NCBI GenBank assembly: GCA_964434115.1
Contig: CAYSSX010000006.1
Span: 70,770 to 134,769, forward strand
Direction of reading: 5' to 3'
Length of the DNA stretch: 64,000 nt
DNA from: an uncultured bacterium
GTDB lineage: Bacteria; Omnitrophota; Omnitrophia; Omnitrophales; Aquincolibacteriaceae
Shown here: positions 39,076-48,463 of the stretch, piece by piece
How the letters are laid out: each line of letters opens with the position of its first letter
How positions within the stretch are numbered: the first letter of the stretch is position 1
Notes under the pieces: generated by a model
Databases searched by the model: none
Told to the model about the DNA's origin: nothing
The model's input: only the letters and a program-made list of their open reading frames with translations
Made by a program: the position numbers and the translations under genes

Positions 39076-39110
39076 TAATCTTATTTTAATCTTATTTTAA
39101 TCTTTTATTT
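39076..39110. repeat. three tandem copies of 11-bp unit TAATCTTATTT in AT-rich intergenic region
   Basis: Copies at 39076-39086, 39087-39097 and 39098-39110 (the third has one inserted T). Lies downstream of the HK gene and upstream of the 39169 gene. TATTAT at 39113-39118. Confidence 0.7.
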
Positions 39111-39168
39111 TGTATTATGCACCCGTTCGTTAAGTCACCTTCATGGACATTTGTGGAGCTTACTGAAA

Positions 39169-39519
39169 ATGCAAATCACAAATCAGCTGTTTCAGCCCTT
39201 ACTTGACCGCATTGATGGCGAATACCGGGACCTCCTTGAAGAGGTGCGGGATCTTTATACTGAAGAAACGTCCGAACTGAAGAGCTTTATTCAGAAAAAA
39301 CTCCGCCAGCTTGATTTGGTGAGGGTTTCTCTCACTTATATGCAGCAAGAGGCGGGAGATGATCTTCGCGGTGATCCTTTTGATCTTCGCGAAACACTTC
39401 GTCAGCATAAGCTTGAGCTGCGATTTGCCCGGCGCCGCTGGAAACGCCAGATGGTGAGCCAGGAACGTGTGCGGCGTAATCTTGAGAGGAGAACTCATGT
39501 TCCAACTTTTGCTGCGTGA
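39169..39519 (+). CDS. hypothetical Arg/Glu-rich coiled-coil protein
   Basis: The track ORF starts at TTG 39151. The first ATG is at 39169. No family recognised. Overlaps the next gene by 23 nt. Confidence 0.4.
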   Translation: MQITNQLFQPLLDRIDGEYRDLLEEVRDLYTEETSELKSFIQKKLRQLDLVRVSLTYMQQEAGDDLRGDPFDLRETLRQHKLELRFARRRWKRQMVSQERVRRNLERRTHVPTFAA

Positions 39520-39988
39520 AAACCGCATTAAGCTTGGCTTGAAGCCTGCTAAGAGCAAAGAGGAAATTTTCAGGGAGCTCTTAAGCGTCTGTGAGGCAGA
39601 AAAATTTTCGGATTCTCAAAAAGAAAAATTTATTCATCTTTTAATGGAGCGTGAGCGCCTTGGAACTACAGCAGTGGGCGATCAAACAGCATTGCCGCAT
39701 GCTTATTCCAAAGACATACAAGAGCCCGTTGTTATCCTGGGAATAAGCAACGAGGGCGTTGATTTCGGCTCTTTGGATGGTGACTTGGTTTATATTTTTT
39801 TCCTTGTGCTTCTGCCGGACAATCAGGAAGGCCGGAACATGAAAAAAACGCTTTTGCATGGAGCCTTGGCCTTTTTTTCTGACCGTTTTATGAGACAGCT
39901 GCTTCGTCAGGTTCAGGGCGGGGATGAGGCTTTGGAAATTATCCGCCGCGAAGCCAAGGTGCCGCTGGAAGTTGCTGTTACAAAGTAA
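39497..39988 (+). CDS. ptsN: PTS EIIA type-2 domain protein (PtsN / EIIA-Ntr-like regulatory protein)
   Basis: ATG at 39497 with GAGAGGAG upstream. Phospho-acceptor His in TAVGDQTALPHAY. 163 aa. Not in an rpoN operon context. Confidence 0.65.
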   Translation: MFQLLLRENRIKLGLKPAKSKEEIFRELLSVCEAEKFSDSQKEKFIHLLMERERLGTTAVGDQTALPHAYSKDIQEPVVILGISNEGVDFGSLDGDLVYIFFLVLLPDNQEGRNMKKTLLHGALAFFSDRFMRQLLRQVQGGDEALEIIRREAKVPLEVAVTK

Positions 39989-40160
39989 AGACAATTAGGA
40001 ACATCTCGGACTTTTGCAGGTCCCGGGGACATTCAGGTCAAAAAGATTGGGGGGTCTTTAGATCAGAATAGAACCGGGACCTTTTCTTTTTTATTTACTT
40101 TCCAAACATTCCTGCCGATGAAAATGAGCCTGAATATCCCGCAGTTTGCCCCGTCCAATA

Positions 40161-40169
40161 TGCTATAAT
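40161..40169 (+). promoter_or_regulatory. extended -10 element TGcTATAAT upstream of 40216 gene
   Basis: TG at 40161-40162 and TATAAT at 40164-40169, about 45 nt upstream of the ATG. Confidence 0.4.
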
Positions 40170-40215
40170 CACACGGGTCTTTAATAAGTCCTGGGTCAAG
40201 GAAAGGATCTTAGGT

Positions 40216-40557
40216 ATGAGAAAAACCGGATGGTTGGTGTTCCTTTTTACCGTACTGCTTGCTTCGTCAGCCTGGGCGCAGGATCCTAATGCCCTCAAAA
40301 GCCAGGCGAACAATCAAGTGGTGACAGCAAGTCAGCTTATGGAAAGAGCCCGCGCTGTTCTTCAGCAGAGTCCCAATCCGGCAGGCCGTAATGCGGCCAT
40401 TGCAATTCTTGTCGAAGCCGGACAGATGTTTGAACAGTCTGCGGGTATATACCAGGCTCTGATACCCAATTATGCATCACAGCAAGATGTGGACAATGCG
40501 CGCAAGGCCATGCAAAGCTGCGTGCAGCAGATTCAACAGTTACAACAGGCCCCATAA
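40216..40557 (+). CDS. small secreted hypothetical protein (113 aa, Gln/Ala-rich helical)
   Basis: Signal peptide WLVFLFTVLLASSAWA. No family recognised. Confidence 0.45.
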   Translation: MRKTGWLVFLFTVLLASSAWAQDPNALKSQANNQVVTASQLMERARAVLQQSPNPAGRNAAIAILVEAGQMFEQSAGIYQALIPNYASQQDVDNARKAMQSCVQQIQQLQQAP

Positions 40558-40589
40558 GGGTCTAACGCCCCAGGGGGCAGGAGACTAAC

Positions 40590-41234
40590 ATGCGTTTTCA
40601 GGGAACTCGTTTTGTTTGGGTGCTTATAACGGGAGCATTGATTGGGTCCGGGTCAGCTTTAGCTTTTACGGGGAGTTACGAAGAAACCATTTCCATGGCT
40701 GAAAAGCAGGTTGCCAAATTCAAAGTGACGGCAAAGGCCGACTTTGTAAAAACGGAATTTTTAAATGACCAGCAGCCCGAGCTTGTCCTGAAAAATGCGC
40801 AAGGAACTTACCGTGTCATTCCGGAGCAGAAGGTCGCGCTTAAGCTTCCGGACCTCGGGGAGAAAGCAAATTTGCTCGATGATCTCGATAATTATCAAGA
40901 ATTTCTCAAACAGAATCAGGCCAAAGTGATTGGCTCGGAAAAAGTGCAGGAACAAGATACAGAAATTTATGAATTTATCGACCCGATGACGCAGAAGAAT
41001 GCGCGCGCCTGGGTTTGGAAGGAAAAAAATCTTCCGCTTAAAATTGAAGTTCAAGCCAACGAAGGGCTGCTTTCGGTCGAACTTACCAAGATCGATACCA
41101 CGACACCTATTGAAGACTCGGTCTTTGATGTTCCCCAAGGGTTTAAGGTTGTGGAACTAAAGCCGGCCCCTCAGCCTGAAGCCGTTCCGATGCAGGAATC
41201 GGAAGCGACACCTCCCGCTCCCGCGCAAAACTAA
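40590..41234 (+). CDS. secreted hypothetical protein (LolA-like/DUF-type beta-rich fold suspected), Pro-rich C-terminal tail
   Basis: GGCAGGAG SD. Signal peptide. 214 aa. Confidence 0.45.
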   Translation: MRFQGTRFVWVLITGALIGSGSALAFTGSYEETISMAEKQVAKFKVTAKADFVKTEFLNDQQPELVLKNAQGTYRVIPEQKVALKLPDLGEKANLLDDLDNYQEFLKQNQAKVIGSEKVQEQDTEIYEFIDPMTQKNARAWVWKEKNLPLKIEVQANEGLLSVELTKIDTTTPIEDSVFDVPQGFKVVELKPAPQPEAVPMQESEATPPAPAQN

Positions 41235-41240
41235 GAAATT

Positions 41241-41960
41241 TTAGTTTTGCCCGCTGTCAGGAGGGGATAATTTCCGGTAGCTTTTTTGAATGCGCTCTGC
41301 TGAAACCGCGAAGGTTTCTTGATTCCCGGAACTCAATCCGCCCACCGTTAACCCCATCAATTTTCCCTGCGCGTTGAAAACGGGTGTGCCGCTGTCTCCC
41401 GGATAGACCTTAAAATTGATTCGCAGGACCGCATTCTCTGGCCCGCTGCCGGAAGCATTGGGTTTTTGACCAATACCGGTGATGGCCCCTTCGCTGATCG
41501 TTTGGCTCAAGAAAGCGGAGTTTCCAATGGAGTACACGACGCTTCCGAGCTTTGCTTCCCCGGGACCGGCGAGGGAAACCGAATTAAGCGGGACGGCTGA
41601 TTCAATTTTCAAGAATACGAGATCATCATCTCCTGCAAGGCCAAGAATTTTTGCGGGATACTGTTTTCCGTCTTGAGTGATGACGGCAATTTGTTGTGCG
41701 CCTTGGACGGTGTGAGCGTTAGTAACAATCGTACCTGAAGAATCTAAAACAAGACCCGCTCCATTGCGTTCCATTTGAAACAGCTTGGTGCCTTCGGGAG
41801 ATTTTGCGAGTCCGTTCGCGCGCGTGTAGATTTTAACAACCGCTTTAGATGCGCTAAGAATGTCGGCAATCACAGATTCTGATGCGGATAAAATCGGAAT
41901 CTGTGAAAAAAGAGATGCCAGTAAGAGCGCGAGTGAAATTTTTTTTAAAAAAGGATTCAT
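41241..41960 (-). CDS. trypsin-like serine protease (S1 family, no PDZ)
   Basis: GDSGTP catalytic Ser motif. His region VTNAHTV. Signal peptide begins at the ATG at 41960 (MNPFLKKISLALLLASLF). The track ORF extends to 42071. Confidence 0.7.
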   Translation of the reverse strand: MNPFLKKISLALLLASLFSQIPILSASESVIADILSASKAVVKIYTRANGLAKSPEGTKLFQMERNGAGLVLDSSGTIVTNAHTVQGAQQIAVITQDGKQYPAKILGLAGDDDLVFLKIESAVPLNSVSLAGPGEAKLGSVVYSIGNSAFLSQTISEGAITGIGQKPNASGSGPENAVLRINFKVYPGDSGTPVFNAQGKLMGLTVGGLSSGNQETFAVSAERIQKSYRKLSPPDSGQN

Positions 41961-42204
41961 AGATGTAGGGGGTTGATTCAAGCTTAACACAAGGAACAGG
42001 ATTTCCGAAAAAAATAGAAAAAAATGTTCCTTTGCGCTTGCTTTCGCGAGCGGTCTTTGTAAGATAGGCACACGTTTTTTCTTTCTCGGTTGAAAAAACT
42101 TTGCCGGACATCTTTTTTAGCCCTCTTAACTTAATTTTGTTTTTGTTGCGGCGATTTTCCTTCCGAGAGCAAATGAAACATTCAACCCCCGGCTGTTTTT
42201 TTGA

Positions 42205-43905
42205 ATGGCCTCAAGCAGGGATTTTCTTTTGCCTACATTTGCCCGCGATGAGATTGGAAGCGTTTTAAAGAAGCGCGTTGAAGCCCTCTTGAAAGGCTAC
42301 CGGCAGAACGTCGGAATCATCGGTTCTCCAGGGCTTGGAAAAACGGACTTTCTCGCCACAACCTACCGGGATTTTTCAAATTCTCCAGGACTTGTCTGCG
42401 CTTATGTTCAAGCCGACAGCTTTGACTTTGAGCGTTTGGTAGAGCGTTGGACAGGTGCGGTTTTAACCGGATATCTATTAAGCGAAGGTCTCCCCGCCGC
42501 GGGGTACGACTTTGCCGAGCTTGCAGCCGCTTCTGAATCCCGTATTCCTAAAACCCTTCAAAGTATTTTGCATATCCGGCGCCAGCTTCGAAAAGAACCT
42601 TCCCCGGCACTTTTGCGCGAGCTTTTTAATTTGAGCGGAATGCTGACTCAGGAATGCGAAAAAAAGATGATTTTGATGCTGGATGAATTTCAGCAGCTTG
42701 AAACACTTCCCGACGCCGACCCCTTTGCTTTGCTGGGGCGCGAGATTATGGTTCAGAAGGACACGCTCTATTTAGTGTCCAGTTCGCACCCTGAAAGGGC
42801 AAAAGAGATTTTCCGGGAAAAGCTGTCGCTTCTTTTTGGTAATTTTGAAGTCATCGAACTCCGGCCGTTTGAGTTTAAGGAAACAGTTGATTTTGTGGTC
42901 CGCCATTTCCCCAAAACGCATTTTACCCGGCAGCAGAAGAAACTTTTGATCACCTTGACCAACGGGGACCCCCTTTATCTTGATCTTCTGATGGATCGTC
43001 TCAAGTTCTATCTTTCAGATCAGACGGAACAGTGGGTTTCAGACAGGCTTCTATTTCTTGCCATTCAGGAAGAGTTGTTTGACCGGAAGGGAAGAATCGC
43101 TCTTCTTTTTGAAAGAATGCTCGAACCCGTACTCCGCGCTCAAAAAGACCAAGGCCCTTACCTCAGAACTCTTTTGGCGGTAAGTGAAGGCCGCCACCGC
43201 ATCGCTGAAATTGCAGCGGCAATAGGTTTGAAAGCATCCGAGACACAAAAAATACTTCAGCGGCTCGTCCATGAGGATAGAATCAGTAAGCGGGGCAGTT
43301 TTTATGTAATGGAAGACCCTCTTTTTCGTTTTTGGCTGAGGGAAGTTTTCCAGAAGAAGCAGTGCCTTTGTCTTCCCGACCAGAAAAGCGTGGAGGATGC
43401 GCTTATGGAGGCTATCCGGGAAAAGATGGAAACTCTTTGCCATGATGAAAAAAAGGAAACCCCTCACCGGATCGAGCGGCTATTCAAGGAGTTTCGAAAT
43501 GATGCCGTTGAAATGGACGCCCGGAAATTCCGGTGTCCGCATTTCCTGGAAATCGCTTTTCGTCCTGCCCAAGGGCGGTTTTGCTCTCTTGTAGCCAAAA
43601 GTCAGCGGGAACGTTGGGTATGCCTGATGGCCGAAGAGGAAGTTCAGGAAGAGGATGTTCTTGGGTATCTTGAGGACTTGAAACGCTTCCGGAAGAAAGT
43701 TCAGCAGAAAATTATTGTGACCCTCGGCGGCATTGATCAAAATGCCAAATTGATTGCGCAGTCAGCTCAAATCCAGCTGTGGGGGTTACGGGATTTAAAC
43801 TCGCTGCTGGCGCTTTATGATCTTCCTAAAATTATTTCTTTTGAAGGACAGGGCTTACATGGATCGGATCTGGGCACCTTGGCGGAAGGCGTATATTCGA
43901 CCTGA
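42205..43905 (+). CDS. AAA+ ATPase of the Arch_ATPase (PF01637-like) type with DUF234-like C-terminal region
   Basis: Walker A GSPGLGKTDF. Walker B MLDEFQQL. 566 aa. C-terminal ~250 aa of unknown function with conserved Cys/His. Overlaps the downstream HIT gene by 47 nt. Confidence 0.65.
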   Translation: MASSRDFLLPTFARDEIGSVLKKRVEALLKGYRQNVGIIGSPGLGKTDFLATTYRDFSNSPGLVCAYVQADSFDFERLVERWTGAVLTGYLLSEGLPAAGYDFAELAAASESRIPKTLQSILHIRRQLRKEPSPALLRELFNLSGMLTQECEKKMILMLDEFQQLETLPDADPFALLGREIMVQKDTLYLVSSSHPERAKEIFREKLSLLFGNFEVIELRPFEFKETVDFVVRHFPKTHFTRQQKKLLITLTNGDPLYLDLLMDRLKFYLSDQTEQWVSDRLLFLAIQEELFDRKGRIALLFERMLEPVLRAQKDQGPYLRTLLAVSEGRHRIAEIAAAIGLKASETQKILQRLVHEDRISKRGSFYVMEDPLFRFWLREVFQKKQCLCLPDQKSVEDALMEAIREKMETLCHDEKKETPHRIERLFKEFRNDAVEMDARKFRCPHFLEIAFRPAQGRFCSLVAKSQRERWVCLMAEEEVQEEDVLGYLEDLKRFRKKVQQKIIVTLGGIDQNAKLIAQSAQIQLWGLRDLNSLLALYDLPKIISFEGQGLHGSDLGTLAEGVYST

Positions 43906-44362
43906 TCAAAAGCCCCGCAAAGGGTGTCTTTTTTGCGGGCTCCTGAAGGAAGGAAAAGACCGCCGCAATTATATCCTCGCAAGAACCGAGTATAGTTTTG
44001 CCATCCTCAATCTCTACCCGTATAACAATGGACATACGCTGATTATTCCCCGCCGGCACGCAGCCGAGCTTTCCGACTTAAAGCCCGAGGAAAAATTGGA
44101 TCTTCTTGATCTCTGTGAAAAAGTTCAATCCGCTATTCAGCAGCGCATGAATGCCCAGGGGTTTAACCTGGGAATTAATCTCGGATCTGCTGCCGGAGCC
44201 GGTCTTCCGGAACATTTACATCTTCATATTGTCCCAAGGTGGAAAGGGGATGCTAACTTTATGCCCGTCGTGGGCGCGGTAAAAGTGATTTCAGAATCGC
44301 TCGACTCGGCCTACCGGGAATTGTCCCGCCAGCTTAAAACAAAAAAGGATTCCCGGCGTTGA
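43859..44362 (+). CDS. HIT-family (histidine triad) nucleotide hydrolase/transferase
   Basis: ATG at 43859 with GAAGGA upstream. Histidine triad EHLHLHIVPRW. Nucleotide-binding FAILNLYPYNNGHTLIIP. Confidence 0.8.
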   Translation: MDRIWAPWRKAYIRPDQKPRKGCLFCGLLKEGKDRRNYILARTEYSFAILNLYPYNNGHTLIIPRRHAAELSDLKPEEKLDLLDLCEKVQSAIQQRMNAQGFNLGINLGSAAGAGLPEHLHLHIVPRWKGDANFMPVVGAVKVISESLDSAYRELSRQLKTKKDSRR

Positions 44363-45498
44363 ACCGGAAAAAAACTCCTTCTCAAAACCGCTCTTCTGCT
44401 TTGGCGGATTATGCTGTTCATCCCGAAGCCTCACGCGGCCGCAAACACCCTGAAGCGGAGCATGAAATCCGGTCGTGTTTTCAGCGCGACAGAGACCGGA
44501 TTCTTTATTCCACGGCATTCCGCCGCCTGCAGTACAAAACCCAGGTTTTTGTCAATCATGAGGGGGATCATTTCCGGACACGGTTGACGCACACTCTTGA
44601 AACTTGTCAGATCGGAAGAACCTTGGCAAGGGCCCTTTGCTTGAATGAAGATCTCGTGGAGACCATTGCTTTGGCGCATGACCTTGGGCATGGTCCTTTT
44701 GGACATGCTGGAGAGTGGGCGCTCAAGGAAATGATGAAGGCCCACGGGGGGTTTGAACATAATGTGCAGAGCCTTCGGATTGTGGAAGTGTTGGAAGACA
44801 GATACCCTGATTTTTGCGGCCTGAACTTAAGTTTTGAAACGCTGGAAGGTCTTAAGAAGCATCCAGAGCGCTTTTATAGAAACCGTGAAAAAAGATTCCG
44901 TAGCCTTGAAGGGGATCTTGTGGACTTGGCCGATGAAATCGCTTATTGCAGTCATGATTTGGATGATGGGTTAAGAGCGGGACTGCTGGATGAAGAAATG
45001 CTTGCCGGAGTCTCTCTCTGGACTCAAACGAAAGAAGCCTTAAAAAAGAAGAAAGTCCGTTTCACCCAAGCATCCTGCCGGCCTGTTATGATCCGGGGCA
45101 TCTTGAACCGGATGGTCATGGATGTGGTTGAAAATTCGAGAAAGCATATAAGCTTGTCCGGAGTCCGCTCGGTTCAAGATCTTCAGAAAACTCAAAAGAG
45201 ACTCGTTGCTTTTTCTTCTGACATGGCCCGCCAGCATATTGAGCTCAAGAAATTTTTGATGAAGAACCTCTATCAACATTACCATGTGGTAAGAATGACC
45301 GATAAAGGTCAGCGTTTTATTAAAGCGCTCTTTGAAGCGTATTTGGGAAAACCAAAACTTTTGCCCCCGGATGTGGTCCGCCGCATCGAAAAAGAGGGAA
45401 GTCACCGCGCTATCTGTGACTATTTGGCCGGAATGACAGACCGCTTTGCGGTTCAGGAGTATAAGCGCTTGTTTGAGCCGCATGAAATCTTTGCCTAA
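44359..45498 (+). CDS. dGTPase-like dNTP triphosphohydrolase (HD domain)
   Basis: TTG start overlapping the HIT stop (TTGA). dGTPase family N-terminus FQRDRDRILYSTAFRRLQYKTQVF. HD motif HDLGHGPFGH. 379 aa. Confidence 0.85.
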   Translation: MNRKKTPSQNRSSALADYAVHPEASRGRKHPEAEHEIRSCFQRDRDRILYSTAFRRLQYKTQVFVNHEGDHFRTRLTHTLETCQIGRTLARALCLNEDLVETIALAHDLGHGPFGHAGEWALKEMMKAHGGFEHNVQSLRIVEVLEDRYPDFCGLNLSFETLEGLKKHPERFYRNREKRFRSLEGDLVDLADEIAYCSHDLDDGLRAGLLDEEMLAGVSLWTQTKEALKKKKVRFTQASCRPVMIRGILNRMVMDVVENSRKHISLSGVRSVQDLQKTQKRLVAFSSDMARQHIELKKFLMKNLYQHYHVVRMTDKGQRFIKALFEAYLGKPKLLPPDVVRRIEKEGSHRAICDYLAGMTDRFAVQEYKRLFEPHEIFA

Positions 45499-45587
45499 AT
45501 CCAACTAGGGCGTGACGTTATCCCTAAGCTGTGTAAAAATGAGGTGTTAGAAGCTGTAGACCATGAAGCAGGGAGGCTGACTTCTTG

Positions 45588-47162
45588 ATGTCGGACGCCA
45601 AGAATAAACAAACTGTTATTGAACGATTTTTGCTCCCCAACCCCGATTGGCAGGAGGGCTATAAATCGTTTAATCAGCTATTTGGGCGCCCCCTCGGCTG
45701 GCTTTATGTTGTCGATAAAGGGGAACGCAGCCAGCTTATACGGCTTGATCGTAAAGATCACTGCTCTTTTTATGCCGCCTCCAAACCTAACCAGCAAAGT
45801 ACGGAAGTCTTTCTCCGTAAATACTGCGAAATGCTGGTCGCCCAAAGCGAAACCCTTCCGCCGTTCCCGGCATTCTTCAAAGACGCCTTTGGAAAAACCG
45901 GAGTTATTTTTGCCCTTCGCCATCTTGGAAAACTTCGAGCCTTTCTTCTGCTGACTTCTCTTAAAGAGAATAAAGCCAAGTATGACTCCTTTCTGATGCC
46001 GTTTAATTATTTCCTGATTTGCCAGCTTGAGCTGGCCTATAAGAATTTCGAATTGAATAATTTTTATGAAACCGTCCACCCGAGAGCCTTGGCGCTCTCG
46101 ACGATGCATTCCGTCCACCGCGTTATCAGTGCTTCTATCCGTTTGAAGGATCTCCTTCCCAGAATCGGCCGCTTGAGCGCGCAGGTTCTTAAAGCCAGAG
46201 GCTGTTCCATTATGCTGATTGATGCTAACCACGAGTACTTACTGCCGGCTTTTTCTGTTGGCGAAAGCAAAAGGTTTGTTCATAAGCAGCGCGTCCGGAT
46301 AGGCCGGGGGCTTGAGGGGAAAATTGCGGATACCGGAGAATTTCATCTTCACCGCCGTTCCATAGCGGTTCCTTTTATCGAAGAGGATATTGTCGGGGTT
46401 CTATGTCTTTGGGATAAAGTAGACAATCAGCCTTTTACAAAAACGGATCTCGAAATTCTAAAATCGCTTTCCGAACAGGCTGTCACGGCCATTAAGAATG
46501 CGCAGCTTTTTGAAGAGACCGAACAACTGACTCTGGGAAGCATCAAAACGATCAATGAGCTCCTCGAGCTTAAAGGGGGCGCAGACCGGGCCCACTTGGC
46601 GGTTTTGGGTGAAGTGGTGATGGAGATTGGCCGCGAATTGCAGCTTTCCGGGCGTGAACTGATTCATATCCAGAGGGCGATTATGCTTCGGGATGCCGGC
46701 GCTTTGGCTTTTCCAGAGGATATTCTGAAGAAAAAAGGAAAATTGACCAAAAAGGAAATTGCGATCATCCGCCGTATCCCGATGCGCGGAGCCAGTCTTT
46801 TGAGCTCAATCTCCTCTTTGAAGCCTGTTCTGCCCATTGTGCTGCACCACCGTGAGCGTTATGACGGGAAAGGGTACCCACAGGGGCTCAGGGGCGAAGA
46901 AATTCCTATCGGTGCCCGTATTGTTGCGATTGTGGACTCTTTTATTGCCATGATTTCAGAGCGTTCCTACCGGGATTCCATGAATGTTGAGCAGGCACTC
47001 AAGGAAATTCAAGCCAATAGCGGCACTCAGTTTGATCCACGTGTTGTGGATTGCTTTCTCAAAGTTGCCAGAAATAAAGAAATTCATGACAAGTTGAAGG
47101 CCATCATCCGCGCTCCCAAAAAATCCCGCGAAAACAATTCTCCCGCAGCGCTTTCAGTCTAA
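45588..47162 (+). CDS. GAF-domain HD-GYP phosphodiesterase
   Basis: ATG at 45588 (GGGAGG upstream). Central GAF-like region. HD-GYP signature HHERYDGKGYPQGL. Confidence 0.85.
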   Translation: MSDAKNKQTVIERFLLPNPDWQEGYKSFNQLFGRPLGWLYVVDKGERSQLIRLDRKDHCSFYAASKPNQQSTEVFLRKYCEMLVAQSETLPPFPAFFKDAFGKTGVIFALRHLGKLRAFLLLTSLKENKAKYDSFLMPFNYFLICQLELAYKNFELNNFYETVHPRALALSTMHSVHRVISASIRLKDLLPRIGRLSAQVLKARGCSIMLIDANHEYLLPAFSVGESKRFVHKQRVRIGRGLEGKIADTGEFHLHRRSIAVPFIEEDIVGVLCLWDKVDNQPFTKTDLEILKSLSEQAVTAIKNAQLFEETEQLTLGSIKTINELLELKGGADRAHLAVLGEVVMEIGRELQLSGRELIHIQRAIMLRDAGALAFPEDILKKKGKLTKKEIAIIRRIPMRGASLLSSISSLKPVLPIVLHHRERYDGKGYPQGLRGEEIPIGARIVAIVDSFIAMISERSYRDSMNVEQALKEIQANSGTQFDPRVVDCFLKVARNKEIHDKLKAIIRAPKKSRENNSPAALSV

Positions 47163-47191
47163 TCTTTAAAAAGTTTATAAGCTTCAAAGAG

Positions 47192-47212
47192 AAATGAAAA
47201 ATTTTTTCATTT
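47192..47212. promoter_or_regulatory. perfect 10-bp/10-bp palindrome AAATGAAAAA-T-TTTTTCATTT
   Basis: Located 30 nt after the HD-GYP stop and 80 nt before the Pal-like lipoprotein start. AT-only, so a poor terminator stem. More like a dimeric TF site or a weak terminator with the downstream TTTTCTTTTCC. Confidence 0.4.
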
Positions 47213-47291
47213 TCGTGCTTTTCTTTTCCTTCAAAATGCCTAGAATAACCGTGTTGTATTGCCCTCACGTTTTGACCGGAGAGTCATCCTC

Positions 47292-47984
47292 ATGGAATTT
47301 CAGCGCCGCATGTTGGCCATTCGCTTATTTGGAATTCTTGGAGTGTCCCTAGGGTTGACTGTCTCCGGATGCGCATCCGCTTCTCGTGAACCGAAACCCC
47401 AGACCGCTTCCCTTCAAGTTCCCCAAACATCTCAAGAGCAAGCCGCTACTATTGTTGCTCTCAATGAAGAAATTGCGAGGCTGAACCGCGAGCTGGATCA
47501 GGTCTTCTCTTCCCGGGATGATTTGGCCCGGGCTAAAAGTGATTTGGAAAATCAGCTTCAAGGGCAGGTGGCGTCGGGAGATGCTTCTGTTTCCATGGAA
47601 GCCCGGGGACTTGTGGTGACGGTTCTCGACCGTATTCTTTTTGATTCCGGAAAAGCTGAACTGAAACCCGAATCCCAGCAGACGCTGCAAACCGTGGCAT
47701 CCATTCTTTCGGACAGGGTCCGTGAGAACATGGTTTATGTGGAGGGACACACGGACAATGTTCCGATCCGTTTTTCCAATTGGCGCTCAAACTGGGAATT
47801 GTCGACCGCCCGTTCTACGGAAGTGGTTCACATGTTTGTCGAGCAGCTTGCGATTGACCCGCGTCGGATAGCGGCGGTGGGGTATGGAGAGTTTCATCCG
47901 ATATCCGACAATAACACCTATGACGGCCGTCTGAAAAACAGACGGGTGGAGATTGTCATTTCACCCAACAAAGTGGCATCTTGA
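47292..47984 (+). CDS. OmpA-family peptidoglycan-binding lipoprotein (Pal-like) with coiled-coil linker
   Basis: ATG at 47292 (GGAGAG upstream). Lipoprotein signal with lipobox LTVSGC. Coiled coil EEIARLNRELDQVF..LENQLQG. OmpA_C domain (RILFDSGKAELKPESQQTL, VEGHTDNVPI, NWELSTARS). Confidence 0.75.
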   Translation: MEFQRRMLAIRLFGILGVSLGLTVSGCASASREPKPQTASLQVPQTSQEQAATIVALNEEIARLNRELDQVFSSRDDLARAKSDLENQLQGQVASGDASVSMEARGLVVTVLDRILFDSGKAELKPESQQTLQTVASILSDRVRENMVYVEGHTDNVPIRFSNWRSNWELSTARSTEVVHMFVEQLAIDPRRIAAVGYGEFHPISDNNTYDGRLKNRRVEIVISPNKVAS

Positions 47985-48463
47985 CCCGCCCGCTTCAAGC
48001 GAGATCAACTGTGAAGTCAAAACTGATTTGGGCGGTCTGTGTACTGCTTGTGGCATCGGCAATGCCTGCGGTTACAGGCTATTGGGTTTTTCAGCGTTTA
48101 GAACATTCTTTGAATGTTCCCGTAGGCGGGCGTTTTGAGCCCCGTCTTCTTCAAGCCTCCTTTGTTGTTCGCGACGCGGTTTTGATGTGGGATAATAAAA
48201 TAAGTTTGCAGTCGGGTGATATTACGGTGGATTACAATCTCTGGAGTCTTTTTTCTGAAAAAGGAATCCGGATCAAATTGAGCGGGCAAAAGCTCCCTGT
48301 GACGCTTCTTGGCGAATTAGCCCCTCTCGCACCCCAAGCTCAGGTTACGGTAGATGACTTTTTTGCCGATCTTTTATTTGATGGAGAAGGACTTAAAGAA
48401 ATTTCTGCGCTCCGGGTGAAGTCGCCTGAGCTGCAGTTTCAAATAGGACGAAGCAGCGTCTAA
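47981..48463 (+). CDS. hypothetical bitopic membrane protein (start uncertain: TTG 47981 or GTG 48011)
   Basis: Overlaps the Pal-like stop by 4 nt. N-terminal signal anchor KSKLIWAVCVLLVASAMPAVTGYWVF then a ~120-aa beta-rich domain. Ends 8 nt before the murE region. Confidence 0.45.
   Translation: MTRPLQARSTVKSKLIWAVCVLLVASAMPAVTGYWVFQRLEHSLNVPVGGRFEPRLLQASFVVRDAVLMWDNKISLQSGDITVDYNLWSLFSEKGIRIKLSGQKLPVTLLGELAPLAPQAQVTVDDFFADLLFDGEGLKEISALRVKSPELQFQIGRSSV

Noticed and set aside
40019-40081. GGTCCCGG...CCGGGACC inverted repeat followed by T-rich tract after the ptsN-like gene
   Set aside because: The loop is ~47 nt, far longer than in intrinsic terminators. It may still be a structured element, but this cannot be supported from sequence alone.
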